A stretch of DNA of 64,000 bases from Eledone cirrhosa (lineage: Eukaryota), in assembly GCA_964016885.1 (NCBI GenBank), contig OZ024740.1:428048001-428112000 (forward strand). The letters are read 5' to 3'. Positions within the stretch are counted from its first letter, which is position 1, and every line of letters starts with the position of its first letter. The position numbers were made by a program, and so were the translations under genes. The notes below the pieces were generated by a model. The model saw only the letters and a list, made by a program, of their open reading frames with translations, made no database searches and was not told the origin of the DNA. Below are positions 1-13,354 of the stretch, one piece after another.

Positions 1-396
1 ATGTGAAACGGGGCAGCAAAATTTTCTCACCATCTACAAGAAGCAGATTTAGCGCATCTTTTACTCAAGGCTCTAGTGAGTTGCAAAGTAGCCAATCTTC
101 CCTTGCGTAATAAGAATCTTTTTCCTGACTCTCCCATTTACCCCCAAACCAACGGTATATTGTGTAGTCTGGTTTTAGTCCCATCAACAAAGTAACATTT
201 ACGTCACCACAGATCTGTCACTAATATTTATTGTAATTTATACAGAGCAGAAGTACTTGTATGTTCACGTAAGGTTCCTTCATATCAACAGTATGTACAA
301 CCGGAATTTAATACGGAGAAGGATGTGCACGCAGATGCTATAAATTAACTTATAAAAAGGGGTGAAGACCCTTAAAAGCCGGGAAAAATGTGCCAT

Positions 397-471
397 TGGT
401 CGCTATGAGAAATCGAACGCTATATCTAACAGATACTTGGTAGGTGCTTTTAAACATTTGACCAAGGGACC
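397..471 (-). other. Degenerate tRNA-like sequence (pseudo-tRNA or SINE head)
   Basis: Reverse complement is 75 nt, GGTCCCT...AGCGACC-A (6 of 7 acceptor pairs), with A-box-like TGGTCAAATG and B-box-like GTTCGATTTC; anticodon arm not convincing. Confidence 0.45.
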
Positions 472-669
472 GTGACAACCCAGACAGTCTGAGCACTTCA
501 TTCTTTGTATAAACTTTACCTTCTCAGCACTTTATAAGTCCGAGTGATGGGCTATGTATACACGAAGTTTATTTGTTTATATTCAGATATTTGTTGACAT
601 CTGAAAGCTGTTTCAGCTCTCCAGCTAATTTAAGACGGTAATAGTTGTCGCGCTCTTTTCGCTTAATGG

Positions 670-793
670 TTAGCCTGATAATGGAGTTTAGAACCCTCAG
701 ATAAATGGAAAAAGATGAGTGTTGACGTACATGTACGTCAATACTCATCTTTTTCCATTTATCTGAGGGTTCTAAACCCCATTATCAGGCTAA
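670..793. repeat. Near-perfect 124-bp palindrome of a dispersed element
   Basis: Arms 670-731 and 732-793 centred on GTACA|TGTAC; related single copy at ~48580-48668. Confidence 0.9.
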
Positions 794-898
794 AATTCCT
801 TTAGTCAAAAATACGGTGAAAGCTATTATATATATATGTATATATATACTATTTATATATCAGGTGATAATCATATCACAATACAATGCTAAACAATG

Positions 899-964
<66 letters not shown>

Positions 965-1129
965 CCTCGTATTGTGATATGATTATCACCTCCACATTTT
1001 ACGTCAATCTTTTGTTACAATTTCTTAATACGCGTTATCATTGTTCGTGTTTATTTCAACCTTAACCTTGATCAATCAAACCTATGATCAAGTGCCTTAT
1101 AGGATGTTATGGACTAATTTACATACTAT

Positions 1130-1425
1130 TTAATATGTTTAATACATTTCAAGTATAAGTATATATTGAGCAGTATGTAAGAAAAATAAACCTCATTATT
1201 AAAGGAAACAGAAAAGAAAGAAGAAAGAATATTAAAAGATATAAAAGAAAAGGAAAGAAGAATGAAGCAATGAAAGGGAGAGGAGGGGCCTAGCCTACAG
1301 ACCCGTCGGAGCGGAGACAGAGCACCGACCCAAGGACGAAATGGTAAATGTGTTATAGCGAAGAATGACCAGAGACACTCACTGCAATAGTCACCCCACC
1401 TCACCTCAGGCGGGCCATTAGGTTC
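1130..1425 (-). mobile_element. CRE-like non-LTR retrotransposon 3' end fragment
   Basis: Decayed LLQ*VSLVILRYN, equivalent to the QRVSLAI.RGNA C-terminal motif; similar to 14930-15010 and 51028-51100; pyrimidine-rich 3' UTR. Confidence 0.55.
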
Positions 1426-1841
1426 ATCTATTTTTATAAAGCTAAGATGTGATTTGAAACAGATATTTTAGTATTTCCGTGCAGTTCATATATTTATCCT
1501 GCATGGCCAAGGGCCTCGTTTGTTTTAAAAATGTGAGGGGGACAAACCAACATTTGTTGATTCTTAAAGGAGCATAAATTGCTTATGGTGCCTTTCCTGA
1601 ACCCTGTCACATAAGTAAAGTCTTACACTAATTAAATTTTATATATTCAAATGAAGTTCAGATATAAAAAAAATAAGCTTAAAAAGAATTTATTATATCA
1701 AATAAACAAAAGATAAAACATAGATGTTTGAAAATGTGAAGAGGACTGGTCCCTTGGTACCCCCCCCCCCCTTGAAACAAGGCTCTTGTGTATGGTAGAG
1801 CCATACTTTGTTTTAATACAATGATATGGAATAATTAATAA

Positions 1842-2030
1842 ATCCGCCTCCAACTTAGTCGTTTCGGTCACAAATATCAGCCACAGAAGAACGTAAAATA
1901 AACAAATACCGGGGTTTTTCCGGCCGCTTCCTCTTCGCACTGGTCACCGTCGAGACTTCAGGCGTACTTGGACCCCGTACTTCCGAGTTCCTCCGCAAGA
2001 TCGGAGCATCGGCGGCTCGTCTGAGGCAAC
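1842..2030 (+). mobile_element. CRE-like restriction-like endonuclease (RLE) fragment
   Basis: Translates EERKINKYR...LFALVTVETSGVLGPRTSEFLRKIG; shares cagaagaacgtaaaataaacaaataccg with the minus-strand copy near 15110-15140. Confidence 0.7.
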
Positions 2031-2073
2031 CTGAATCGCTTGAAAATATTCTGTTGTATCGTTGGAAGTAATT

Positions 2074-2259
2074 AATTGTTTCTATTGTTGGCACAAGGCC
2101 AGCAAATTAACCAGTACATTACTGGTACTTTATTTTATCGACCCCGTAAGGATGAAAGGCAAAGTTAGCCTCGACGGGATTTGAACTCAGACCGTAATAG
2201 GACGTAACTATGCTAGAAAGCATGGCGTCCAACCCTCTACCGATACTGCCAAATCGCCG
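2074..2259 (-). mobile_element. tRNA-derived SINE, family A
   Basis: TGGCAGTATCGGTAGAG A-box, GAGTTCAAATCCC B-box, GGGGTCGATAAAATAAAGTACCAG core, GGCCTTGTGCC tail; ~10 copies in window. Confidence 0.9.
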
Positions 2260-2316
2260 ATAAACTATAAAATGTTTTATATTTTTTACATTCGTAAACT
2301 GTTGAAAGAAACGTTT

Positions 2317-3476
2317 CCGACATTGTGGCCCACATCCGACATTGTGGCCCACATCCGACATTGTGGCCCACATCCGACATTGTGGCCCACATCCGACATT
2401 GTGGCCAACACCCGACATTGTGGCCAACACCCGACATTGTGGCCCACATCCGACATTGTGGCCCACATCCGACATTGTGGCCCACACCCGACATTGTGGC
2501 CCACATCCGACATTGTGGCCAACACCCGACATTGTGGCCCACATCCGACATTGTGGCCCACATCCGACATTGTGGCCAACACCCGACATTGTGGCCCACA
2601 TCCGACATTGTGGCCCACATCTGACATTGTGGCCCACATCCGACATTGTGGCCCACATCCGACATTGTGGCCCACATCCGACATTGTGGCCCACATCCGA
2701 CATTGTGGCCCACATCTGACATTGTGGCCCACATCCGACATTGTGGCCCACATCCGACATTGTGGCCCACATCCGACATTGTGGCCCACATCCGACATTG
2801 TGGCCCACATCCGACATTGTGGCCCACATCCGACATTGTGGCCCACATCCGACATTGTGGCCCACATCCGACATTGTGGCCAACACCCGACATTGTGGCC
2901 CACATCCGACATTGTGGCCCACATCTGACATTGTGGCCCACATCCGACATTGTGGCCCACATCCGACATTGTGGCCCACATCCGACATTGTGGCCCACAT
3001 CCGACATTGTGGCCCACATCCGACATGGTGGCCCACATCCGACATTGTGGCCCACATCTGACATTGTGGCCCACATCCGACATTGTGGTCCACATCCGAC
3101 ATTGTGGCCCACATCCGACATTGTGGCCCACATCTGACATTGTGGCCCACATCCGACATTGTGGCCCACATCCGACATTGTGGCCCACATCCGACATTGT
3201 GGCCCACATCCGACATTGTGGCCAACACCCGACATTGTGGCCCACATCCGACATTGTGGCCCACATCCGACATTGTGGCCCACATCCGACATTGTGGCCC
3301 ACATCCGACATTGTGGCCCACATCCGACATTGTGGCCAACACCCGACATTGTGGCCCACATCCGACATTGTGGCCCACATCCGACATTGTGGCCCACATC
3401 CGACATTGTGGCCCACATCCGACATTGTGGCCCACATCCGACATTGTGGCCCACATCCGACATTGTGGCCCACATC
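2317..3476. repeat. 19-bp minisatellite (CCGACATTGTGGCCCACAT)n, ~61 copies
   Basis: Direct tandem array; explains all ORFs from 2119 to 3583. Confidence 0.97.
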
Positions 3477-4277
3477 CTTATCCTGAATGCCGATTTTTTT
3501 TTTTTTTTTTTCTTTGTGGTTTTTCTATTCCATGAAAGTTGGAGATAGTAATAAAATAAGGACCATAGTGAAGTTGTAGACATTAGTGAAATATATTTAT
3601 AGCTTTATGTGAAGAGATTTGAGAAATATATCGGCGATGTGAGAGACGCTGTAATGTATGTACTGATATAACTGCTCGATAATAATAATAGTCCCAGAAA
3701 CAGCCAATTAAGTAAATCGTTTCAGTAAAGAATATACAGTTTTATAGGTGGGGTACATTTCATTAGTTTTATTATTGTAGGATTTCGGACCCGAAACATG
3801 TGGTCCCAATTTGGGAGATAGTAAGAAATTTAATAGCAGAGAATAATTGCTTAGTACTTTGGATCAACGATTGAATATTCTGTGTTTTCCTGTTTAGTTA
3901 AAGAGACTAAAACATATAGAAATGAGAAGATATTGCAAACGAGGATACTTTTATTGTAAATCATAAAAGAATTTTGAGGTATTAAGATATATGAGGGTTT
4001 TGTTTGCAAGATATAAAGGAACACTACATTAGAATTACTCGTAAAAGTGTTGTCACATCAATAAATAGTAATATTAGAACAGTACTGAAAAATAAATTGA
4101 CTTACTTCTATGAAGAACATGAAAAAGGAGGGATTCTTCGGGAAAAAAAATATGAGAAAGTAAGTTTCAATTAAAATTAGAGATATCTTTAAAATGTGCT
4201 GATTCGGCAGAAATATTTCTGTGCAGAAACTGTGTTAGAAGAATCAGCAAATTAACCCTGATTGGATTACCTACTCT

Positions 4278-5965
4278 ATATGAATGTATGTATGTGTTTA
4301 TGTATGTATGTATTTATGTATGTATTTATGTATATATGTGTTTATGTATGCATGTATGTATGTATGTGTGTATGTGTTTATGTATTTATGTATGTATGTA
4401 TGTATGTGCTTATGTATGTGTGTGTGTGTATGTGTGTATGTAGTATGTATGTGTGTATATATGTATGTATATATGTATATATGTATGTGTTTATGTATGT
4501 ATGTATCTGTATGTATGTATGTGTATGTGTGCATGTATGTATGCATGTATGTATGCGTGTATGTATGCGTGTATGTATGTATGTATGGTGCTACTGGTAA
4601 CATGTATCCCAGTACAACCTGTCTCATGGTCGGGTCGTTGGCGACTAAACTGGCAACCCCACCAAGGTTTCTTGGTGAGGAGGGTGACTTTGGACATCCT
4701 GCAGGACTAAAAACAAAACCTGTCAAAGGGCAAAGGAGCTCTTAAGAGTCAATGGCCATCCAAAATCACCGGGAGAGATGACCCCTTAGCCTTTGTCAAG
4801 GCAGAATTCTAGGAGAAGGAAAACTCTGATATAACACCTGCAACCCTGATGGTATCCAATGATGTTGACTTGTTCTTCTTTTTGGTAAATATCATCTTGG
4901 TTAAGAGAGTGGGACTGGCTTTGTGCAGTGCCTTTGCTCACTATAAAAGCTTCACGGCACAGGCATTGCTTTATATCTGGAGATCTCTCTGCACTTGTCG
5001 TCACATGGTACCATGGGCCCTGCACTATGTGTCAGTAATTGTCACAAGTGTAGTGTTTGTACCAGAGTTTTCAAGTCGCTGGCTGGACTAAAAAGTCACA
5101 CTCGTTCAGCGCATCGGTAGGGGTTCTCCTACATGGATATAAAGTAGTGGCCGTACTCGAAAACGAGTTGGCAGCCACCATGCGTGTGTGTATGTATGCG
5201 TGTGTGTATGAATGTGTGTATGTATGTGTTTATGTATGTAAATATGTGTGTGTATGTATGTGTGTGTGTGTATGTATGTATGCATGTATGTATGCGTGTA
5301 TGTATGTATGTATTTATGTATGTATGTTCTTCTGGTTTTATACTTTCACAAAGTTTTACCCAATAGAGAGAGAGTCGGTTTCTAACATAGACACAAGACT
5401 CTCTCATTGGAATTTACACAACATCAACTAGGTAGATATGTATGAATGCCTGTCTGTCTGTCTGTCTGTCTATATATATGTATGTATGTGTTTGTATGTA
5501 TGTGTATATGGTTGAATGTATACATTGTGTATGCATGTATATATGTATTGTGTATGTATGTTTGTTTCTATGTATGTATGTATATATGTATAGGTGCATT
5601 TATATATGTGTATATGTATGTGTGAATATATGCATGCATATGTATTTGCATGTTTATATTTATGTATATATATATATGTATTTGTATGTATATATTTGTA
5701 TGTATATATGTATATGTATATCTATGTATATATGTATTATGTATGAATGTATGTTTGTTTGCATGTATATATGTATGTACGTGTGTTTATATGCACGTAT
5801 ATATGAATATGTGTATGCATATATGTTTGTATGTATGTATCTATGTATGTATATATGCATGAATGTATGTATGCATGTATGTGTGTGTATGCATATATGT
5901 TTGTATGTATGTATGTATCTATGTATGTATATATGCATGAATGTATGTATGTATGTATATGTAAA
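4278..5965. repeat. Degenerate (TATG/TG)n microsatellite fields flanking an RTE-derived element
   Basis: Low-complexity tracts 4278-4586, 5183-5285, 5435-5965. Confidence 0.9.
4587..5182 (+). mobile_element. Non-autonomous, internally deleted RTE-like element (5' UTR joined to 3' end)
   Basis: RTE-type 5' motif CTAGGAGAAGGAAAACTCTGA; terminal C2H2 finger HKCSVCTRVFKSLAGLKSHTRSAHR*; CTCG-AAAA-CGAG stem-loop then (TG/TATG)n tail; no RT or EN between. Confidence 0.7.
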
Positions 5966-6027
5966 TCAGCATTTCTTCCGTACCATTTATATGATATATG
6001 AGCTGTGGATATATATATATATATATA

Positions 6028-6082
6028 GGAACCAGTAAGACCCCGACGGCTGAGCTCAAGCCGTTTCGTTGGCTAATTCTGG
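6028..6082 (-). mobile_element. Family X short element fragment (hammerhead 3' half)
   Basis: Reverse complement of CCAGAATTAGCC..CGAAACGGCTTGAGCTCAGCCGTCGGGGTC..GTTCC. Confidence 0.8.
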
Positions 6083-6979
6083 GCTTTGGTGTTGGTGTAG
6101 AGCAGTGATGTCAGGTTCACTATCCTCTTGGGGAATCCATAAGCATGTAAGATCTTCATCAGGCAGTGACCGTCCACAGAATCAAAGGCCTTCCTAAAGT
6201 CAACGAAAACCATAAGATATCGGATGCTAAAATTCCCGACGACATAGTTTTGGTGACAAATACAGTGAAGAAGGCAGAGCATTTGTTGCGGGAGGTTGAG
6301 ACTGTGTCGATGAGTGTGGGGCTGAGAATGAAGGGACTAAGACAAAATGTCTGGTAGAGAATGTTGAGAAGCTAGAGGGGATTACTAATGTAGGCGGGAA
6401 CCCGCTGGAATTAGTAGAGGACTTCCTGTATTTGGGAGCAAAGATTGGGAATACGGAAGATGATATGGTTGAGAGGAAGAGCAAAGCCTGGGCGGCGTGT
6501 CACAGCTTGAGATAGGTGTGGAAGACGGACCTTCGTGAGGACCTGAAGATCCGCCTCTTCATTGCTCTAGTGGAGTCTGTGTTGTTGTACGGGTCCGAGA
6601 CTTGGACACTGACCAAAAAACTCACTCAGATGGTAGATGTGTGCTACAAGAGAATGCCGAGGATGGCTCTGAACATTAATCAGTATACACTAAGGAGGAA
6701 AAAAACCGGACCTGTATAGGAGCCTCCCAAGAGTCAGCTCAAAAGTAACACAGAGGAGACTGTGGTTAGCTGACCGACATCCAGATTTAACACTGCACTC
6801 AGTGCTCCTGTGGGAGCCTCTGCATAGACACACTGGAAGAGGAAGACAACGGTTAACGTATATTGATGCCCTAAAGACAGACACTGGCCTGTTGGAGACG
6901 CGGGACATGGCAGCGATAATGAGGGACAGAGACCGCTGGAGAGAACTCGTCCATGGATCTCGGCAATTTTACCCGCCCT

Positions 6980-6980
<1 letters not shown>
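6083..6980 (+). mobile_element. RTE-clade LINE 3' fragment with 5' inversion
   Basis: Minus strand 6083-6215: FVDFRKAFDSVD..KILHAYG; plus strand 6216-6980: PDDIVL, DFLYLG, VESVLLYGSETWTLTK, RDRDRWRELV; frameshifted. Confidence 0.85.
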
Positions 6981-7010
<30 letters not shown>

Positions 7011-7013
<3 letters not shown>

Positions 7014-7210
7014 ATGAGTAGGACCCCGACGAGTAGGACCGTCGAAACGGCTAATTCTGGACTAAATTATTTTAGTCCAGAATTAGCCGTCGAAACGGCT
7101 TGAGCTCAGCCGTCAGGGTACTACTCGTTCCTATTACCCACTTTACTACCCTAAGTATTGAGTACTTTGGTGCGTTATGGTCCACCTGGTTCCTTACCAC
7201 ATTTCCTTCG

Positions 7211-7212
<2 letters not shown>
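7011..7212 (+). mobile_element. Family X fold-back element in (TA)n
   Basis: 20-bp hairpin 7047-7090, then GAAACGGCT-TGAGCTC-AGCCGTC; other copies at 8367-8400, 18098-18284, 31612-31722, 47305-47493. Confidence 0.85.
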
Positions 7213-8231
<1,019 letters not shown>

Positions 8232-8398
8232 ATATATATATATATATTGTAGTCAGTATATGTAGACACAGAAACATATGTTAAAAACAAATAAATCCCT
8301 GATCTCCTTTCACGCCGATATCTATATATTTCTTGGTGCAATACTTGCTTTTATATATATATAAAAGCTTGAGCTCAGCCGTCGGTGTCCTACTCGTT

Positions 8399-8453
<55 letters not shown>

Positions 8454-8629
8454 GATAGATAGATAGACATGCCGGGGATTTTAAAACAATCGTGTAAAAA
8501 ATATAAAAACAAACAATTACAACAATCGATATTCCCAATAGCGGGGAGGCGCCACAAATAGATTGTTTAATACCCCGTCGATAGAACAACCCCCAACTCC
8601 AGGAGCGTGTTGTGCAAGTCCTCCTTTCT

Positions 8630-11167
8630 TCCTTTTGCTCTCTTCTTTAACCTACAGGTTTATAAACAGAGAAGGCCCAATCACTCGGGTCATTTTCGTT
8701 TCATTCACCCACCTTTCAGTAAATTTACTGGGGTGCAGTGCCTCTCTCTCCACTTTGATTCTCTTTCTAAAGTGATACTTAAAGAAGGGAATCAATTGTT
8801 GTCGGGAGAGAAAGGCATCTGTCCTCAGTCCTCTCAATCTCCTCCACCATATAACTTCTTTCACCATAGCCACTGTACAGAGGAAAACCGCCTCTCTTTC
8901 GTTTTTGAAATAGGCTGGCGGTTTGATCCTTACTATGGACTCGGCAGTCTACTAGATTTGTCCCATACACGACAGCAGTTGTTCAGCATAGTTCCACAGG
9001 TCGGTTACGCCCGGGCAGTGTACAATTGCGTGCAAGACTGTTTCAATGTCCTGCGCCGATCTTAGACACGTCCTCTTGGAAGGATCCCTGCCTGGGTGTC
9101 CGTGCCAGTAGATCTTGTCACGAACCGGTAGAGCTCCTCGGTAGCACTGCCAGACCAGGGACCTCTGGAAGTTGTCCATAGGTCCCGGGCGGAAAGTCCT
9201 GCCAAACAGAAGACTGGTGAGCTCATCGTTTTCGACGCCCAGAGTCTCTCCGAGCACGTCGTCGCCCTTGTAACGTACAATCTCTCTATAGAATGTCGAA
9301 GTGGAGTCTCCACTGATTGCTGCGCCCGCTTGCCAGAGGACTGTGAGCGCCTGAGCGCATTCAATGTGCCAGGCGCCCATCGTTTTCGGTCTTTTCTTCA
9401 CCCAGGACTGCAGCTCCGTCAGCGAAACGAGCTGTGGGAAAGCCTGTCTCACAAACGGTGCCCACACCGGTTGGGGGTCGGTGAGGAATACCTGGAGATG
9501 CCGCAGCCTCAGCGCATGTTTGCGCATCATCAGCCACGGCATTATCAGCCCTCCGTTGGAAGGGTGCTGACAGCAGACGGATCTCCTCACCAACGGAGCC
9601 TGCTTCTTCCACAGAAACTGGAAGAGCATGCGTTCCATCTTGGTCAGGTGTTCACAGGGACAAGGCACGATAGTCAAGCGGTAGTAGATGACGGACGCTA
9701 TGAAAGTGTTCGCCACCTCCGCTCGACCTTTCAAGGACAGTTTGCACTCTGCCCACTTCTGGGTGAGTGCAATCACCTTGGCCGTGAGCTCGTTCCAGTT
9801 TTTCTCCACTTGGAGGTCTGGACGGAACCAGAACCCGAGCAATTTCACCTGTCCGTCCGTCCAGCGTCCAACGACGCTGTCGGATGTCATCGGTTTGCCT
9901 CTCCACGTACCGAGTTGCAAACCGATAGACATGTCCGGGTTTAGTTTTGCTCCCGTAAGCGTTTCGTATTCTTTCAGTAAGTTGCCGATCACCCCGATTT
10001 CCGAGGTGCTCGACACCATTACCGTCACGTCGTCGGCATAAGCCGACGCCGCTTTACGCAGTCCCGGTTCTAGAGGGATGCCCTGCACAGCTCCAATTTC
10101 CGCAGTATTGGCTCTAGAGTCAATACATACAGAATGGAGGAGAGAAGACTCCCCTGTCGAATGGAACGCGTGATTGCGAACGGCTCCGATAGGTAGCCGT
10201 TCACCTTGACCCTCGAGCAGATGCTGGTGTGCATCGCCTCGATCCAGCCTCTGAAAACGGGACTGAAACCGGCCGCCTTGAGAACCGCTTCCAAGTATCG
10301 ATGGTCGACCCTATCGAATGCCTTAGACTGATCCAAGTTGATCAGAGCCCCACCGAAGCCGGGTTTACTACCCACCCTCTCTATGATGTATCGCATGAGG
10401 TGGAGGTTGTCGTGTATGGACATGGTCGGGATTGCACACGTTTGCGCTTTCCCTACCAGTTACTCGACTACAAGCGCCAACTTCGTGGCTAGAACCTTGG
10501 CCAACATTTTTAACTCTGTGTTGAGCAGAGTTATGGGCCTGAAGTTGTTAATTTCGTCCCCCTTGTTCTCGTCTTTCCTGATCAGCGTTACTACGCCCTT
10601 GCCTGCAGAACTGGGAATTCTCCCGTTCTGCTGCCAATTGCAGTAGACGGCTTCGAGGAAGCCAGAGAACAAGTCCGGCATGCCTATTTAAAACTCATAG
10701 GGTAGACCATCTAGACCGGGTGACGTGCGTTTCCCGCAGCGGCCCAGAGCGTCCCGTATCTCAGTGTCCGTGATCGGTCTTTCGCAGAACTCGGCGTCCG
10801 TGTTCGAGAGACGCGGCAGGCCGTCGAGGTATAAACTAAAGTCCATTACCCCGTTCGCAAAGTGTTGCTGAAAGGCCGCGCACAGTTGCTTGGGTTCAAG
10901 TAGCACGCGTCCGTTTTGGTCTTTCAAAGACCGAATCGTGGACTTGTTGCCACTTTTTGCCTCCGCCACTCGGGCCCAGCTGACAGCTTTCGCTCCTTCG
11001 TTTCCTACAGCACGTGTTTTACTTCTGACCACGCAGCCTTCGGGTTTCGCATCGAAGAACTGGTCCAGTGCCGTTCTCGACGCTAACACTCTAGCCGCGT
11101 TGCCACTTCTGTTTCCAGGGCATCCCTAGGCTACGCACATTCACGCTTCCAACTCGTAAACTAGCTA
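8630..11167 (-). pseudogene. LINE ORF2 (reverse transcriptase), frameshifted
   Basis: SPGLDGLPYEF, NFRPITLLNTELKMLAKVLA, LDQSKAFDRVDH, RQGSLLS, YADD, ETVLHAIVHCP. Confidence 0.92.
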
Positions 11168-11439
11168 TGTTGGTGAAGAAGAGTTGGAGAAAAAGGACGA
11201 AAGATGCCTTTACCTTTTCGTTTCCTGGAGATCGGGTTGTTCAATCTCCATTTGGGTGCTGGATGGGGTGTTGGGTGGGGTGGGGAACCATTTTAACAGG
11301 ACGCGGTTGATGGGTTTCTGGCAGGGGTTGCCCCCGTCCTGTGAAAATTTATTTTTTTCAGCTCATTATAGGTTTCCATAGAAACTCTTATAAGTTTAAG
11401 GTGTAATTATGCCTTGACGAAAGTTTTGCACTCCGTCTC

Positions 11440-12895
11440 CACCTTGGGGTTTGGGGAGATGACCTCTATCAAACTCTTGTGGTTTGTGTTGATGTATGCG
11501 TATTGTTATTTGTGTTTTTGTTGTGTTGTTTTAGTTTGTTGTTCGTCCGGGAGTTTTCTTTTTATGGCGGGTGCTTGTGTTTGGGGTGGTGTTGGTTTTG
11601 GTTTTGCTGGTAAGGGGATGTTTGACTGTGGTGTTGTTTGTGTTGTTGATTGTGTCTGTGGTTGTGTGTTGGTGTTGGTGATTGGAGCTTTGGGGGTTTT
11701 GTGGTGTCTCTTTTTTTGTTTTTTAGATTTCCGCGGCTCTCCCTCTTCTTCACTTAAAGAGGGAGAAGCAGCTTCATCCGTCGATGAATAATCATCGTCA
11801 GGAGTGTGGGGTAGGCGTATGTTGTGTGGTGATGGTGTTTCGTTGTGTGTGTTTGTGGTAGTGTTTGATGGAGTGGGATGGGGTGGGGCTGTGTTCTTCA
11901 GGGGTGTTGTCTCTGTTTTTTCTGTTGTTGTTGGTTGAGTGGTTGTTTGTTTTGGTGTCTTTGCTCGTTTCGTCTGTTGTTGTTGTTGTTGTTGTGGTGG
12001 TGGTGGTGGTGGTGGTTGTGATTGTTTTGGTGTTGGTGTTGGTAAAAGTACTTTTTTTTAAAGATTTATTTGTAAAGGGCAGGAGGCTTTTAGGTGTGAT
12101 GTGCTTGCACATCGAAAACAGTGTGGCTTTCTGCCCCCAGTTACGATGTTGATGTATTTCTGGTTGTCGACCAGCACTCTTTCGGGGATTTTTGAAATTC
12201 TTTCTGGTGTCATTTGTGTCAGAATTTCCAAATTTGTCCCTACCCCCCTTTGTCTGGTCGACTTCCTGACCGAAATAATTGTATCACTTTCTGGCTCTAT
12301 ACAACCGGCCAAGATCCACCAAATGTTGATGTTTGGTGGTATATTATTTATTTTAATTTTTTGTGTTCTTTTTCCCATGTAAGTTGGGAAAAAGGTGTGT
12401 GTTTTTGTGATGACTGGTGTAACAGAATGTTTTTGTGCGAGGGCCTCGCTTGTAAAAGTACCGAAACACTTCCATATGGTCTGGCCCTCTGCATAAACTC
12501 AATGTCCGGCAGAGTCTCTTTCAGGGTTGTTTCAATTTCTCCTTGACTGAGGAATACCGGTTTTTTCGTTTGATTTGAAACAGCTCTGAAGGTTACTGAC
12601 CTTCCAACTGTTTCTCTTTTAATTTGCATGGGTGAGTTTATATGAAACCCACCCTTTTCTTCAAAGGTTATGAATTGTTTTGCATCGGTCAACATTTGTT
12701 TGGAGTTGCTTATGTCGATGTGTTTGTACTCTGTTTTATTTATCACAGTCTGTGCGAATGTTGTTTTTTCAATGTTGTTGTTGTTGGATTTTTTCATTTG
12801 TAGTTGTGTCAATTGTTTCAATTTCTGTATTTTCTGTATTTTTTGGTGTCTGTTGTCGGCTGTTATTTTCATCTTTTGTTGTGTAAATTTCCATT
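11440..12895 (-). pseudogene. LINE ORF1 (gag-like), frameshifted
   Basis: CFRCASTSHLKASC zinc knuckle, low-complexity T/N/K tail, position upstream of ORF2. Confidence 0.75.
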
Positions 12896-13228
12896 TCTTT
12901 ACGAAACGAAGTTTTGTTGTTGTTTGACTCCATAGATACTTCTATGGATATAGAGGGAGATATACCGTTTATATGTGTCTCTTTCCTTCTCTTCTCGCAG
13001 TCTAGCGTTCGTTGTAAGTCACACATTGTTAAAGTTAGGACAATTTTTAAAACTTGTCAATTTTTTAAAATTGAATTTCCGCCCCTGTGGTGCGAAAACT
13101 GAGATTACCACCCGGCTGACAATTCAGCCTGGGTGTTAATCTATCAAACAATATAACATTTTACACAATGAATTCTGTTTTTGTATGGAAAATTTTACAA
13201 AAACTTACCAGCGATCTACCGCACGTCC

Positions 13229-13229
<1 letters not shown>

Positions 13230-13313
<84 letters not shown>
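13230..13313. repeat. (GA)n microsatellite
   Basis: Perfect dinucleotide run. Confidence 0.98.
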
Positions 13314-13318
<5 letters not shown>

Positions 13319-13354
13319 TGTATAAGTAGATATAGAGATAGACATATAGATATC

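Larger units (their letters stand above)
8465..13229 (-). mobile_element. Tx1/L1-type LINE, near full length, decayed, endonuclease deleted
   Basis: ORF1 with CCHC knuckle; ORF2 RT motifs and C-terminal Cys/His motif; flanked by (TAGA)n and (GA)n. Confidence 0.92.

Noticed and set aside
397-471. Functional tRNA gene
   Set aside because: D, anticodon and T stems are poorly paired; kept only as tRNA-like
675-710. CTGATAA hairpin as a hammerhead
   Set aside because: No GAAA or stem III after the hairpin; C3-A8 mismatch; homologue at 48614 reads CTGATGG
2119-3583. Long ORFs of 395-448 aa
   Set aside because: Translations of a stop-free 19-bp tandem repeat in several frames
5043-5120. Host C2H2 zinc-finger gene exon
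   Set aside because: Single finger within a dispersed repeat (second copy near 30.6 kb) at an RTE-type 3' end
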